The notes under the pieces: model-generated
The model's database searches: none
The model's input: only the letters and a program-made list of their open reading frames with translations
Told to the model about the DNA's origin: nothing
Part shown: positions 24,997-36,553 of the stretch, piece after piece
How positions within the stretch are numbered: the first letter of the stretch is position 1
Layout: each line of letters begins with the position of its first letter
Made by a program: the position numbers and the translations under genes
Assembly: GCA_040954595.2 (NCBI GenBank)
Contig: CM082594.2
Location: 1,196,247-1,260,246 of the forward strand
DNA length: 64,000 nt
Direction: 5' to 3'
From: Balanoglossus misakiensis
Taxonomy: Eukaryota > Animalia > Hemichordata

Positions 24997-26079
24997 TCAA
25001 AGTTGCGGTACTTGTATATAACCAGTTGCAGCATAATACTCGTGCGTATCGTTTGGGGTGATCATTCGCACTGCATCGTACACCGCCACGGCTACATTGT
25101 CATGTAATAGTTCGCGGTAATAGTCTCTTTTCAGGAGACTTTTCAACTTACTAAAGCAATTCTCGACAGGATTAAAATCTGGCGAGTACGTTGGTAAAAA
25201 TACCATTTCAACTCCGATATCATCCAACATATTTCTTACATGATCACCTGGTTGATGGTGATGTATAGGAGCGTTGTCTACAACAACAGTGTCTCCTGGA
25301 TTCAAAACAGCCTCACCGTCATTTGTGTACGCCGCCATGGCTTCAGCAAAGTACCTAATGAATTCATCGCCATTGGAGGGTCCCTCAATAACAGAACAAT
25401 ATTTAACACCATCAATTCCAACGAGCAGATTCACTGTGTTATTTGCACCTGTCAAATATCTGCCGATTTCATAGGTTTTCACTCCCCTCTGAGAATGACC
25501 ATATGTACGTTGACCGGTCTGTATTTTGACCCCGCTTTCATCCATAAACTTGACTCTCGCCGGATTCTTCGTCATCAAGTAGTCCACATAGGCTTGCGTG
25601 TACTCCATATTTTCTTCGGTCAAACGATGTTGATTGATGACAGACATTCTGGTAAATGTCCACGGACCGCCAGTTAGTTCATTACGAACAGCTCTACCCA
25701 CGGTACTGACGCTGACTGAGTTAACCGTGCCGTATTGCATCAGTTGGTCCACTATTTCCTGGTACGTAATGGAAGGTCTTTCCCTTTTCAACATCTCGAT
25801 AAATTCCAGATCAGGATCGGTGAGCTTGCTCTGCTGGGTTGATCCACGAGGAGTGGGTGGATCGATTTCACCGGTTTCACAGTAGTGTTTCCAAAAACGA
25901 CTCACTGTTGATTTGTTCACTCTGAACCTGTCCGCTACTTTTTTCAAACAACCAGCTGGAAAATACCCGGTCCTCTGATTTGCTCTGAGTGTCACCATTT
26001 CATTTCTGATCAATGAACGCAAGTCACTTGAGAGTGGTTTTCCGCGAGAAAACGAGCGTCCGCTCCGACTCACTTCCAT
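24997..26079 (-). CDS. Intact DD37E transposase with paired-like DNA-binding domain (360 aa from the ATG at 26079)
   Basis: GKPLSSDLR...VADRFRVNKSTVSRFWKHYCETG; FMDESG, VVDNAPIH, LPTYSPDFNPVE, with 37 residues between the second D and the E. Confidence 0.95.
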   Translation of the reverse strand: MEVSRSGRSFSRGKPLSSDLRSLIRNEMVTLRANQRTGYFPAGCLKKVADRFRVNKSTVSRFWKHYCETGEIDPPTPRGSTQQSKLTDPDLEFIEMLKRERPSITYQEIVDQLMQYGTVNSVSVSTVGRAVRNELTGGPWTFTRMSVINQHRLTEENMEYTQAYVDYLMTKNPARVKFMDESGVKIQTGQRTYGHSQRGVKTYEIGRYLTGANNTVNLLVGIDGVKYCSVIEGPSNGDEFIRYFAEAMAAYTNDGEAVLNPGDTVVVDNAPIHHHQPGDHVRNMLDDIGVEMVFLPTYSPDFNPVENCFSKLKSLLKRDYYRELLHDNVAVAVYDAVRMITPNDTHEYYAATGYIQVPQL

Positions 26080-26417
26080 ATTTCTTACAATATTTATCAA
26101 ATATAAGGTTGTGGACAAGGCGGGAATGTTCCCTATTAGTTAGGAACATACCAAATTACATGTTGATGACTTTGCTCAAACTTCCATTAAAATAACCATA
26201 CTGAGTACATTGGTAATTAAGATGACATTAAATTGTATATTTGGAATATTTTTGACAGGTAACGTTTTACAAATTTGTTTGCGATGTGGAAAAGTTTTGT
26301 TCTCGTTCTGAGTTCATACACGACCCCCCCTCCCCCCTAATTTGTTGGTCCTTCCACCCGACAGTTTCACTGCGTTCGACACGTGCGTGTGTGGAAGACA
26401 TCAGTAAATAGCTGTCT

Positions 26418-28037
26418 ATGATAAACATGGAATCAAAGTCTCCAAGTAACATGTCAACGGTCGAGAGATTTCTGGTTTCCATAAGCCCAACTCTTCTGAA
26501 GTATCGATCCGACTTTGAAGAGCAGGACTTCATTTCAACGACTTCGCTGAAGTTTTTCACGGAAGATGACTTTTCGAAGTTCAAGAATCGGGTCAGCGAA
26601 ACTCACAAACGGATGATTATGTACGGGATTGACAACCTGCCGACCCCACGGTTGAATGATCGCCGGGAACAGAAAGGGAGCCCTGACAGTGCAGGACCAA
26701 GTCGTGGAAGAATTCCTAAAAGACTTTTCCGATCTCCACGGGATCGGGAAAGGCGGCCAAGTAGACATCGTGAATCATCGGCCCGGGGGCGTAAAGAGAG
26801 TATGCCCACTGCCCAATATGCAACGGTGGAATCGGAAACTGCCGCTCCTGCCGCGGTTGATGACAATGGTGCCGGTGGTGATGATGATGAATGGGGAAAC
26901 TATACTTGGCAATCCCCGAGCGAGCTCATGATGGAAGCGTTAGAAAGTGAAATTTCAGAAATAGAAATGGAACTTGATGAGGCTTCCAAGAAATACAACG
27001 ATCTCAACAATCGCTACCGACAAACGGAGCAACTCCGAGAAGCGGGCCAAAAGAAATGCACAAACTGTCACGTCTATGGCTCACATGACAAGCGAAAGTG
27101 TCCGTTTCCAACTTGTGTTACCGTTGAACAGTGCGGTTCATTGCCTGACCATCCCGTGGAAAGAAAAGAACTTACATCAGCAAATGAGGTTGTCTCTAAG
27201 CTGAAAAGTGACTTAAGGAAAAAGAAATCAACGCTTGAGTTAAAGAAAGCAGTTCACGAGGCTACCTCAACAACGTTTTACTCGCGCGTGTACAGTACCT
27301 TACTTAATTCTAACAAGCGGAAATATTTGATTCGAACAGCGTCTGGAGTCGTGCCACATACCGCTATCATCAAAGGAGACTGTGCCATTCTTGAGAAACA
27401 CTACAAGGGCAAAATTCCGCAAAACATTGAACGCGCGGGAAAAACATTTCAAACTATTATCGACAATTTCAATAGTAAACACAACCGTGCCGATAAATAT
27501 CGCCCTGGTTCTCGACTGCCAGACCCCATTCAAGAGGTGTTAAAGCGACGAAAGATGCAAATGTCGCCTAGGCGAGCTCCCGAGCTGAATGAGGCACCGA
27601 CAAACCCTGAACTTCGCGCAGAAACTCCGTCCCAAAGTCAAGGAAATCGCGGCCGTACCTGTTCGCCTCCCAAAGAAGGCCCTAGCAACGCTCAAGCGGC
27701 TGGCTTACATGAACTGTCAACAAATTGTTCACCGTGTGTGTCAAATTCAGGCCCAGTTGTAATTCCGACTACGTCTCATTCGTACAGTCCGTATGTGCCG
27801 TATACGTATGGTTACCCCTATCAGTTTTATCCTTGGAATTGGGGCGCTGACACACCGCCGACTTCACATTTCAGTCTGATGTTTACACCATTCGGCTACG
27901 GCCCTCATGCATACGAAGGGAATATAGCAACTACAACCTATCCAACATCGACCATTGATATTGCTGCAGTGCAACCAGCATTTCCAATCGAGCCACGCGT
28001 TGATAACCCCCCTCAGCCTTCTGAAGCAGATGAGTAA
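26418..28037 (+). CDS. Intact 539-aa transposon ORF2 (SAM-like N-terminus, coiled coil with Cys/His knuckle, P/Y-rich tail)
   Basis: Uninterrupted, intronless ORF inside the TIRs. VERFLVSISPTLLKYRSDFEEQDF...HKRMIMYGIDNL; CTNCH...H....C....C.....C.....H. Confidence 0.85.
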   Translation: MINMESKSPSNMSTVERFLVSISPTLLKYRSDFEEQDFISTTSLKFFTEDDFSKFKNRVSETHKRMIMYGIDNLPTPRLNDRREQKGSPDSAGPSRGRIPKRLFRSPRDRERRPSRHRESSARGRKESMPTAQYATVESETAAPAAVDDNGAGGDDDEWGNYTWQSPSELMMEALESEISEIEMELDEASKKYNDLNNRYRQTEQLREAGQKKCTNCHVYGSHDKRKCPFPTCVTVEQCGSLPDHPVERKELTSANEVVSKLKSDLRKKKSTLELKKAVHEATSTTFYSRVYSTLLNSNKRKYLIRTASGVVPHTAIIKGDCAILEKHYKGKIPQNIERAGKTFQTIIDNFNSKHNRADKYRPGSRLPDPIQEVLKRRKMQMSPRRAPELNEAPTNPELRAETPSQSQGNRGRTCSPPKEGPSNAQAAGLHELSTNCSPCVSNSGPVVIPTTSHSYSPYVPYTYGYPYQFYPWNWGADTPPTSHFSLMFTPFGYGPHAYEGNIATTTYPTSTIDIAAVQPAFPIEPRVDNPPQPSEADE

Positions 28038-28749
28038 CTTTGAACACTAAACGTCATATAAACTTTGTGCAGTGAAAAAACTGTTGAACTTTCTCCTTGA
28101 AATTGTTTCATTAAGACTTCGTTGCCTGGTTCTTATTTTAATAGAAGTAGACTGTTGTTTTGATCATTGCCCCCCTGTTAAGGACGCAATATACATGTAA
28201 ATTTATATTACATGCAAGTGTTATGATGAAAAAAAACGAGGTCAAGTTGAATACGGAAACATTTTGAACTGTCTGACAGACCTCTAGTCGTGTCCTTTGT
28301 ATTTTATCTTTCGATCGCTTGGTGTGTTTCAGTGGAATAAATGTTTCCTAGTGAATCATGCATGATGAATATCTGTCTTTCATTTAAAATAATGGGGGGG
28401 GGGGGGAAACACGCACAACTTTTACCGTGTTCTTTATTCATTACAAAGTTTGAACTTTTGATTTCATCAAGTGTCTCGGTCGTATATTCACTCTGTAATG
28501 TAATCCGAGACTCCGCGTCTGCTTCAACACAACAATGTTGCAAATTCTGTTACAAGCCCATTCAGTCAGCCTGATAACAGTCGGGTGCGTCGATAAATAA
28601 AATCAACGGCTCAGTCAATGGGTCGTTGCAGGTGCGACGATTTTCAGTGTAATTCCAGGCTAACCAATAGGGCTATAAGTTTGGTGTTTGATGTATGTGG
28701 ATTTGTATGTGATCAAAAAATTTTGCTACTTTTCATGACCTCTGCTGAC

Positions 28750-29640
28750 CTCATTAAATATGCACATATCTAATTACAGATGAACCAATAGACCTAGAGG
28801 TTTTGTTTTTGTTATACATGGACCAGTATGGGGACAAAATATTTTGCCCAAATGTTGGGTGACCTCGGGTGACCTTTGACCTACTTTTGCATATCTCGAC
28901 ATCCACAGCAGATACAGCCTTGGCGTTTGGAGGTACATGTATGGGGCCATACGGAAAAGACAAAGTTTTGAGTGACCTGTGACACCTGCTTGACTCATTA
29001 TTTATGTGCATACCTAATTCTGGGCTAACCAAAAGGGCTAGAGGTTTTGTTTTTGTTATACATGGACCAGTATGGGGTCAAAATATTTTGCCCAAATGTT
29101 GGGTGACCTCGGGTGACCTTTGACCTACTTTTGCATAACTTGACATCCACCGCAGATACAGCCTTGGCGTTTGGAGGTATGGGGCCATAATGAAAAGCCA
29201 AAGTTTTGGCTCACCTGTGACACCTGCTTAACTCATTATTTATGTGCATACCTAATTCTGGGCTAACCAAAAGGGCTGGAGGTCTGGTTTTTGTTGGACA
29301 TGGACCACTATGGGTCAACATTTTCTGCCCAAATTTTGGGTGACCTCAGATGACCTTTGACCTATTTTTGCATATCTCGACATCCACAGCAGATACAGCC
29401 TTGGCGTTTGGAGGTATGGGGCCATAATGAAAAGCCAAAGTTTTGGGTCACCTATGACACCTGCTTAACTCATTATTTATGTGCATACCTAATTCCGGGC
29501 TAACCAAAAGGGCTAGAGGTCTGGTTTTTGTTGGACATGCACCACTATGGGTCAAAATTTTCTGCCCAAAATTTGGGTGACCTCAGATGACCTTTGACCT
29601 ACTTAACACAATATCAGCACCAAACATAGATATAACCTTG
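28750..29640 (+). repeat. ~238-bp tandem core repeat, ~3.7 copies
   Basis: CTCATTATTTATGTGCATACCTAATTC recurs at ~28994, ~29232 and ~29469; GACCTTTGACCTA motifs. Confidence 0.9.
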
Positions 29641-29743
29641 ATATGTCATGGGATAAAACACAGCATTATGTTTCTACTCATTAATTATGTGCAGATCAGA
29701 TAATAGAGCTTGGGCCCGGACAATGCTGCTTGCAGCTTTAATT

Positions 29744-30934
29744 CTTCTTCTTCGTCTTCTTCTTCTTCTTCCGAGAAAATCGGCCAGGTAGATCTGGAAA
29801 ACCGCTGCACCTAGGGGGCTAAACTTGGTAGGGTGATAGGGGCCAATGAGTAGACGTGCAGTGGCTCGTGAATATTTATTTAGTCACGTGACCTGGCGGC
29901 CATATTGCATTTCCTGAAAATCGTTAAACGAGTCCTTCTCAAATTTGGTGTGCAGGTAGCCTACCTTCTGTCCATCATTTTACCCCATTGAAATCATGAC
30001 GTCACACAAAGTTTTTTTGCTACAATTGTTTTTCTGAAAAACTACTTAAAACTTTAAAAATCTTCTTCTCCAGAACCAGCGATTGCCGAGTCACGGGATT
30101 TGGGGTATGTGGTCACCTAACCTATGTTTATCAAGTTTGCGAAGCGCACTGTGATTGGTCGATCATTATGGCGGCCATGTTGGATTTTCGGAAAACCATT
30201 GAAAAATGAAAATTCTGTTTTGTAGCCAAAATGTTGACAGCACGTAAATTCTTTTTTTGGATATGAGTCATCATATGACCGGAAGTTGTTACAATTTTTC
30301 GGGGCAATTTTGACATGACCTTTGACCCAGTTTTAAAACAACTAATTATATATGCATATTCCCCATACCTCCTCTTGTAAAAGCACCACAGTCATGAATT
30401 TTGTGGACATGGGTACCAATGCTGCCAGGACATGACACAACTATTTTGGTAATTTTGGCAATGACCCTTGACCTATTTCTGAAACATCATTTTTCTGCAT
30501 ATCTAATTCCAGGCTAACCAATAGGGCTAGAGGTCTGGTTTTAGTTGGACATGGCCCACTCTGGGGTCAAAATTTTATGCCCAAATTTTGGGTGACCTTG
30601 GATGACCTTTGATCTAATTTCCCATATCTCAGCATCCACAGCAGTTAGAGTCCTGGCTTTTGGAGGGCCGATGGAGCAGATATGGAGTCTTACACAAGAC
30701 CTCATTAATTATGCGCATACCTAATTCTAGGCGAACCAATAGAGCTAGGTGTTTGGTTTTTGTTGGACCTAGACTAGTATGGGGTCCGATTTTTTTGCCC
30801 AAATTTGGGGTGACCTCAGGTGACCTTTGACCTACTTTCCAATATCTTGGTATCCGCAGCAGATACAGCCTTGGCATTTGCTTGTTACCATGGGAACCGC
30901 TTGTGCCCCGCCAACGCTGCTTGCAGCTTTAATT
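29744..30934 (+). mobile_element. Second related HINE-like unit in tandem
   Basis: (CTT)n start, body homologous to 23900-24610, same GCTGCTTGCAGCTTTAATT terminus. Confidence 0.6.
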
Positions 30935-31171
30935 GTATTTTGCATTTTCTCACGGTGGCGACCATATTCCTTTGCGGCGAAGATTTATTATTTGTCTGGT
31001 TTAAACATGCATATGCACTCATACTTAGGGTTCATAATACTTGTACATAGTTCAGTGCATACTTCTGTATGGGCTAAAGGTGGTGCAGTTTGAAAAAAGT
31101 GTGATAATTTCCCAAAAGTACCAGCTGATGCACCGATTTATGTCTAATCTCTGTTTTGAATTTCTTGGCAG

Positions 31172-31372
31172 CTTAACCCAAGTTGATAGTACCCTTCTTG
31201 TCCTGGACAGAAGTCTATCTGTCAGTACAAATGGTGTAACCGTATCAGTTGATGACAACTCGTGGCATAATGTTGTCATGGTAATTGAAGAAGGCATTGT
31301 GGCAGTTTACTTGAATGGTGTTGCAGTAACATCACCCCTTCCATCCTGGACAGGTATCGCTGACTCAGAAAA
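31172..31372 (+). CDS. Exon: LamG/pentraxin part 1
   Basis: GCAG| ... |GTAAGT; WHNVVMVIEEGIVAVYLNG. Confidence 0.85.
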
Positions 31373-31775
31373 GTAAGTTGCTAGTGGAACTCCGAACATT
31401 TTTAACTCCTACAAAGCCATAGAAAATTGTCATCATCTCATGTTAAAATTCTATATTTTCCTATACTGTCAAGTTTTCCCAAGCCTCAAGAGAAGTGAAC
31501 CATTTATTTGTGAAGCAGTTATCTTGTTTGTAACTTATCTGCTAGGTAGCTTGTCTTACTCCTACATGACAATACAATATCATCATAACATGTTGCGACT
31601 TACAACAAAACTGGCCAAAAAAATCAAGGGAGCAAACTATGGACATCAGCAAAGCTATCTTCGTGGCACTTTCAAATTCAAACTTATGCGGAACGATACT
31701 GATTTTCACAGTTTATTTTTGACAACTTCTTACCAGCACTTTTAATGAATTCATTATTCTCTTGTTTTTCAACAG

Positions 31776-32059
31776 CTGTATGGTAATTCTTGGTCAAAGC
31801 TATGACGAAAATGGACTCCTTGACAACTATTTTAGCTTCCATGGTGATGTTACACAGATGAATGTATACGATTATGTATTGACTCATGTTGAAATCCAGA
31901 GTCTGGCTTTGAACTGTTCACAAAGTCCACTTGGCAATCATGTCATGTGGGTTGAAATGGATCAAGAGTTATTGGGTAGTGTGGTCAAAATCCAGCCATC
32001 AGCTTGTGGAAGTACCAGGTGCCCAATTGGTTACTCTGGTTCACCATGCACACCTGTTG
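31776..32059 (+). CDS. Exon: pentraxin part 2 and EGF-like segment
   Basis: ACAG| ... |GTAAAT; VILGQ, FHGDVTQMNVYDYVLT, CPIGYSGSPC. Confidence 0.88.
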
Positions 32060-32392
32060 GTAAATAGCCTTATTCATTACTATCAAACAATTTTATGCAT
32101 AATCTGACGAGGAGAAATTGGGTCACAGAGTTGATTAATCCTAAATCCTTACTTTAACACAGCTCTCCTTGTAATGTTGTGTCTGTCCAGGAAAAACTGT
32201 GTGAAATTTTGAGTAGTTTTTCCTGTGTACATTCACCAGCCCCTAGCTGATGTGTGTTGTACTCCAATAAAACAGCATGCAATCTCCCTACTTTAGGAAG
32301 TATAGGGAATCATCATCTGCCCATGCCTGTATCGCTCACTCTTTTTGTTTCTACCGTACATGTATTTAACACTGAATGTAATGATACTATTC

Positions 32393-32488
32393 ACAACCAC
32401 CATCATCATCATCATAATCATCATCACCACCACCACCACCATCACCATCATCATCATCATCGTCATCATCATCACCATCATCATCATC
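32393..32488. repeat. (CAT/CAC)n microsatellite (mirror at ~42827-42922)
   Basis: Intronic trinucleotide run. Confidence 0.95.
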
Positions 32489-32788
32489 AGTTTCTGCTGT
32501 TCCAAGAACTAGGCTTATCATGAGTGTAATTGATCATATCAGTTATTATGCCTATGGATACCATCTCATGACTCCTGTCCTATCTTGTAGTGTTTCTTGA
32601 CAGTGATCTAGTCTATTCACATGTATCAGAAAACAAGCACTTAACAATATCTGGATTTCTCATGAATATGTGACAGATATTAACATCTAGTAGTGCATTT
32701 ACCTAAATGTACCAGTGTATACATAGGGGGTGTGGACCAGTTGTTTAATTTACAAACATTTGTTATTCTTTCACTTTTTTTTCTTCAG

Positions 32789-32929
32789 ATAAACACGCTC
32801 CTGAAGTCATTTACTGTCCCAATACGACCCGTATAATTAGTCCTAATAGCTTGACAACAGGAGTATGGCAGGAGCCTATATTTACAGATGATGTCGCCAT
32901 TGCCAATGTGACACAAACCTACACAATGG
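32789..32929 (+). CDS. Exon: HYR domain part 1
   Basis: TCAG| ... |GTAAGT; DKHAPEVIYCP...WQEPIFTDD. Confidence 0.88.
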
Positions 32930-33633
32930 GTAAGTTTCCTATAAAATATCATTTCTGATTATAGATAATATATAACATTCACACTAACTAAGTTTTTTTT
33001 ATCGGGGTGGGGTGGGGAGTTGATCTAAACAGAAACCAACAAGCTGAGACAACTTTCCTAAGATTATGGTCAGTATGAAGCATACTGGTACAGTGTATTC
33101 TTGTGGCCGTTACTCATATATGGCTAGCACATCCTATGTGCGACAGATGATCTTGCTTCCAAGTATTAAAGCCTCAATTGCTGATACTATTACCATATGT
33201 TTATAGGCCCTTTCCTCGATCCCAGGGCAGTACAATGAAGTTAAAACTCGAAAGCATTTGTGTTTGCACGTAATTGTGTATTGGAAACAAAAGATTTGAC
33301 CAACTGTTGAGCAAGGCCTTTAATCAGTAAAGTACTTAATATTCTCCACTACTACTGGGGATACCCATACCACAAATGTTGTGTTCTCTTACAATGGGCA
33401 GTTGAATAAACGTGTGCGGCACCATATCTGTTTAGTATACATATCTTGTTCATGTTTATATGTACAGTCACAATCAGGAGTTGATAATATGCCTGTGTAT
33501 ACCCACCAGATAGCTCACTTAAATGGACCATTCTAAGTTTGAAAAGAAAATCATGAAAAACATTCAAGAAACGGAAGCTATTTTGGCTTTAGCACCCATG
33601 CCTGTAATGATGTGCGTAATTTTGTTCTTACAG

Positions 33634-33729
33634 GTGACACCTTTTCCTGGGGAACCTACCAGATCAGCTATGTTGCTTCAGATACAGCTGGCAACAATGC
33701 ACAGTGCAACTTTTTACTCTATGTACTGC
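33634..33729 (+). CDS. Exon: HYR domain part 2
   Basis: ACAG| ... |GTGAGT; GDTFSWGTYQISYVASDTAGNNAQCNF. Confidence 0.88.
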
Positions 33730-33826
33730 GTGAGTGAATTTTTTTATCATTCATACATAAACTTTAAAAATTAATTAATATCTTGACAAATTGTCATCTC
33801 TACCCCTTGTTATGTCTTGTCACATA

Positions 33827-34016
33827 CTGTAAAACGGGACATTTTCGTGACAGAAAATATTTTGCAATATATCAAAAGAGGCAACTGTGACACGAGAATT
33901 AAATTTCCGCATTCTAGTATTTTACTAACTACTCTGTTATCTCTGAAAAACATTTTATGCGACTTTATTTTCTTCTTCTTTTTTGCCGAAGTTTGGGAAA
34001 ATTTGCCGTTTTACAG
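33827..34016. mobile_element. Small TA-flanked MITE
   Basis: TA|CTGTAAAACGG ... CCGTTTTACAG|TA. Confidence 0.7.
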
Positions 34017-34728
34017 TAATATGATTGCATCATTATCACTTTTGTCCCTATGTAACTATCAAAAATTATAACAACATCATTCAAAACATACAAGGACACT
34101 CAAACCCGTCTAAAACAAACCCTGTCTAATCGGGAAACCTCTCTTCAACCAACAGCTTTTCCTAGTCCCTTTTACATAGAAACATGTTAATGCGTTGGTG
34201 TTCTGTTTAAAAGATTTGACTGTGTAATAAATATGGGTGTCACACATACACCATTAAGACAGTTCTGAAGCATCTCAGAATTGATACTGTCTTAAAAAAA
34301 CATGTGTGGACGGTGTAAGTGGTCCTGAAACGTCTCAGATTTGAGACGGCTCTGCCAGCCAGACCTGAGCCGGTGTAAGGATTAACACCTCTCCGCAACC
34401 CATTGTCTATGGGGCCGAGCCTCAGCGCCCATACATAAACTTTGTGTGTGTGGACACAACATGACTCAAAGGATTAATGCTCTGTGGTTAGCACTGGCAA
34501 ATAGTGTCTCAAATTTTACCCTGTGTGAACCTGGTAAAAGAGGCATTGTGCCCTAGTGGCTAGGGTTGTGGGTTCGTTACCTAGACCAGGACATTTGGGT
34601 AGTATTTGCCTGTTGGATGATATATGAGACACAGACATTTGGGTAGCATTTGCCTGTTGGATGATAGATGAAATAAAATTAAAAATATATATATAGACAA
34701 ATAAACTGTGTTCTCCTTTCTTTTACAG

Positions 34729-34929
34729 CATTTGATTGTGAAAAGCCAGCACCACCAGTTAAAGGTATTTCCATCTGTAATGAGTTTGAGTCGGGTGTGT
34801 TCTGTCAGGTGGATTGTTTACCAGGATACAAGTTTGCAAGCCTGCCAGCACCTTACTATCTCTGCCATAGTGAAGGATCTTTTAATCCTGAGAATCCAGA
34901 CGAGGAATTCACCTTCTCTGGATGTTCAG
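34729..34929 (+). CDS. Exon: CCP/sushi-like domain
   Basis: ACAG| ... |GTGAGA; CEKPAPPVKG..C...CQVDCLPGYKF...YLC...GCS. Confidence 0.88.
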
Positions 34930-35332
34930 GTGAGAAAAAAATGATTTGGTATCAGTAAAGAAATATAATCAGGTTGCACATGCACATTCAGAAAATTCTC
35001 CAAAGAGAGAGAGTTGTGAGAGGGGGTATTCCAGCATTGAGACAATTTTCTTTTAGTTATAAATGAAAAGAGAAATATGAGTAATGCAAATTCTTGCTTT
35101 ACAGTATGTCAAGGTTGTGATTACAGGTAGATAATTTGTTAACATCATATCTGCTTACCCCAATATAAAGCTCCAGTACATTTGAGCTATTTTCTTAATA
35201 TTTTGTTCTGGGTAAGCAGCTGTAACTTTCCTGATTGGCTATGCGGTTTCGCAGTCTAAGTCAATACATCGTTCGCTAGATTGAAAATTGCATCTTTAAC
35301 AAAATTTGTTTGTTTGTATTGTTCTACTGCAG

Positions 35333-35585
35333 CTCCTGGGAAGACTCAACGTGGAGTGAATTGTGGCGTGTCATACAATTCACAGGCTGGTACATGTAAC
35401 AATGGTGTCATCCAGCAATTGAGGATCAGTTTTATGAACACTATCAACTATCTGAATGATTTGTTTGGTATTTGTGGCGGTGAATGCAACTTTGATGACC
35501 TTGAAATAACCTGCGGCGCCTCAAACCGAAGAAAGAGACAGGCTGATACTCAGCTTGTGGTTCAGTTCAGTTTCACAACCAATGC
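35333..35585 (+). CDS. Exon with furin-type RRKR site
   Basis: GCAG| ... |GTGAGT; ICGGECNFDDLEITCGASNRRKRQ. Confidence 0.85.
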
Positions 35586-35747
35586 GTGAGTAGTAATTGT
35601 TATTTTTCGAGTATTTTATTCCCCTTCTGTTCTATTGAAATTCGTCCTCACGTAACAGTCGCCTCTTTTAATATCGCAAAAATTTCCTGTCGTGAAAACA
35701 ACCCAGTTTACAGTACACACTTCTGGTTGGTATTGTAATGTGGCATA

Positions 35748-36367
35748 CCGTAGTTTGCCGGGTAAGAACCCCTGCTCGGACAAACGCCCCCCCCCCCCTG
35801 GTTTTAGGGCCCATTTGTAGATCGAGGCCATATCCGGTCTAAAGCCCCCCCCCCCCCAGCCGAATATCCATTAAATTCTTGGAAATTTAATAAAGTGCAA
35901 TGCAAAAAAGGCGGATTTTCATCCCCAAAGTCACTAAAAGTGAAAAAAAAAATGTATGATGATTTACTTTCGCGCTGATTATCGTACCCACCGCGGCCGA
36001 CTGGCCACGCTGAGTTATATATAGCCGCTCTAGAAAACATGACCTCAGACAGGTCCCTCGGGACCGTGCCTCGAATTCAACGATCACGTAGATGGACGCG
36101 CTGCCGCGTGTGAGGTCACCGGTACCGGGGAGCTTTCCAAAGCGGCCGCGTGGAGCTGCTTCAGTCCGTCCTCGACGCGAAACACCCAACATTGGAAGAT
36201 CCCGACTTGGACTCGGAGAATGAACCACTCAAAAATTTGCATAAAAGTCGAGGTGGCCATCCCTCATTTGCATAAATCTCGAGGCCATATCCGGGCTAAA
36301 GCCCCCCCCCTGTTTTTTCGCTAATCTGTTGGCCCAGCACCCGGGGCTCTTACCCGGCAAACTACGG
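35748..36367. mobile_element. 620-bp Tc2/pogo-like MITE, arm 1 only
   Basis: TA|CCGTAGTTTGCCGGGTAAGA ... TCTTACCCGGCAAACTACGG|TA. Empty site TGGCA-TA-TGTAAG in arm 2 at ~39563-39575. Confidence 0.93.
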
Positions 36368-36404
36368 TATGTAAGAATTGTTTGCCTGTTGTTTTATCCA
36401 TTAG

Positions 36405-36553
36405 CTCTGCTGATGCTGCAGCTGTAGTTATTGAAGATGCAGTCTAGAATGGTACTTTTGATACAGCTGAATATTCGGTCGACGCTGAGACATTACAAGT
36501 TGAAAGTACAATATTCTGTTCCAATGGTAGTGTTCTTGTTGGAGAAGAATGTG
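36405..36553 (+). pseudogene. Exon with premature TAG (36445-36447)
   Basis: TTAG| ... |GTGAGT; phases fit both neighbouring exons; reads ...IEDAV*NGTF...CSNGSVLVGEEC. Confidence 0.8.

Larger units (their letters stand above)
24614..28649. mobile_element. IS630/Tc1/mariner DD37E DNA transposon, 4036 bp, long TIRs, two divergent ORFs
   Basis: TIRs at 24614-24960 and 28298-28649 (CACTGAAAATCG...CGATTTTCAGTG), flanked by TG and TA. Arm 2 has the empty site GCATATC-TA-ATTCCAGG at ~46357-46373. Confidence 0.96.
23011..29743 (+). mobile_element. Helentron/HINE (DINE-1-like) non-autonomous element, unit 1; contains the DD37E transposon
   Basis: 5' GGGCCCAAGC subTIR hairpins; internal ~240-bp tandem repeats; 3' GCTTGGGCCC subTIR, GCTGC-TT-GCAGC stem-loop and TTTAATT at 29708-29743. 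Confidence 0.65.

Noticed and set aside
32254-32523. Poly-His and poly-Met ORFs (and their mirror at 42792-43136)
   Set aside because: They are translations of an intronic CAT/CAC microsatellite.
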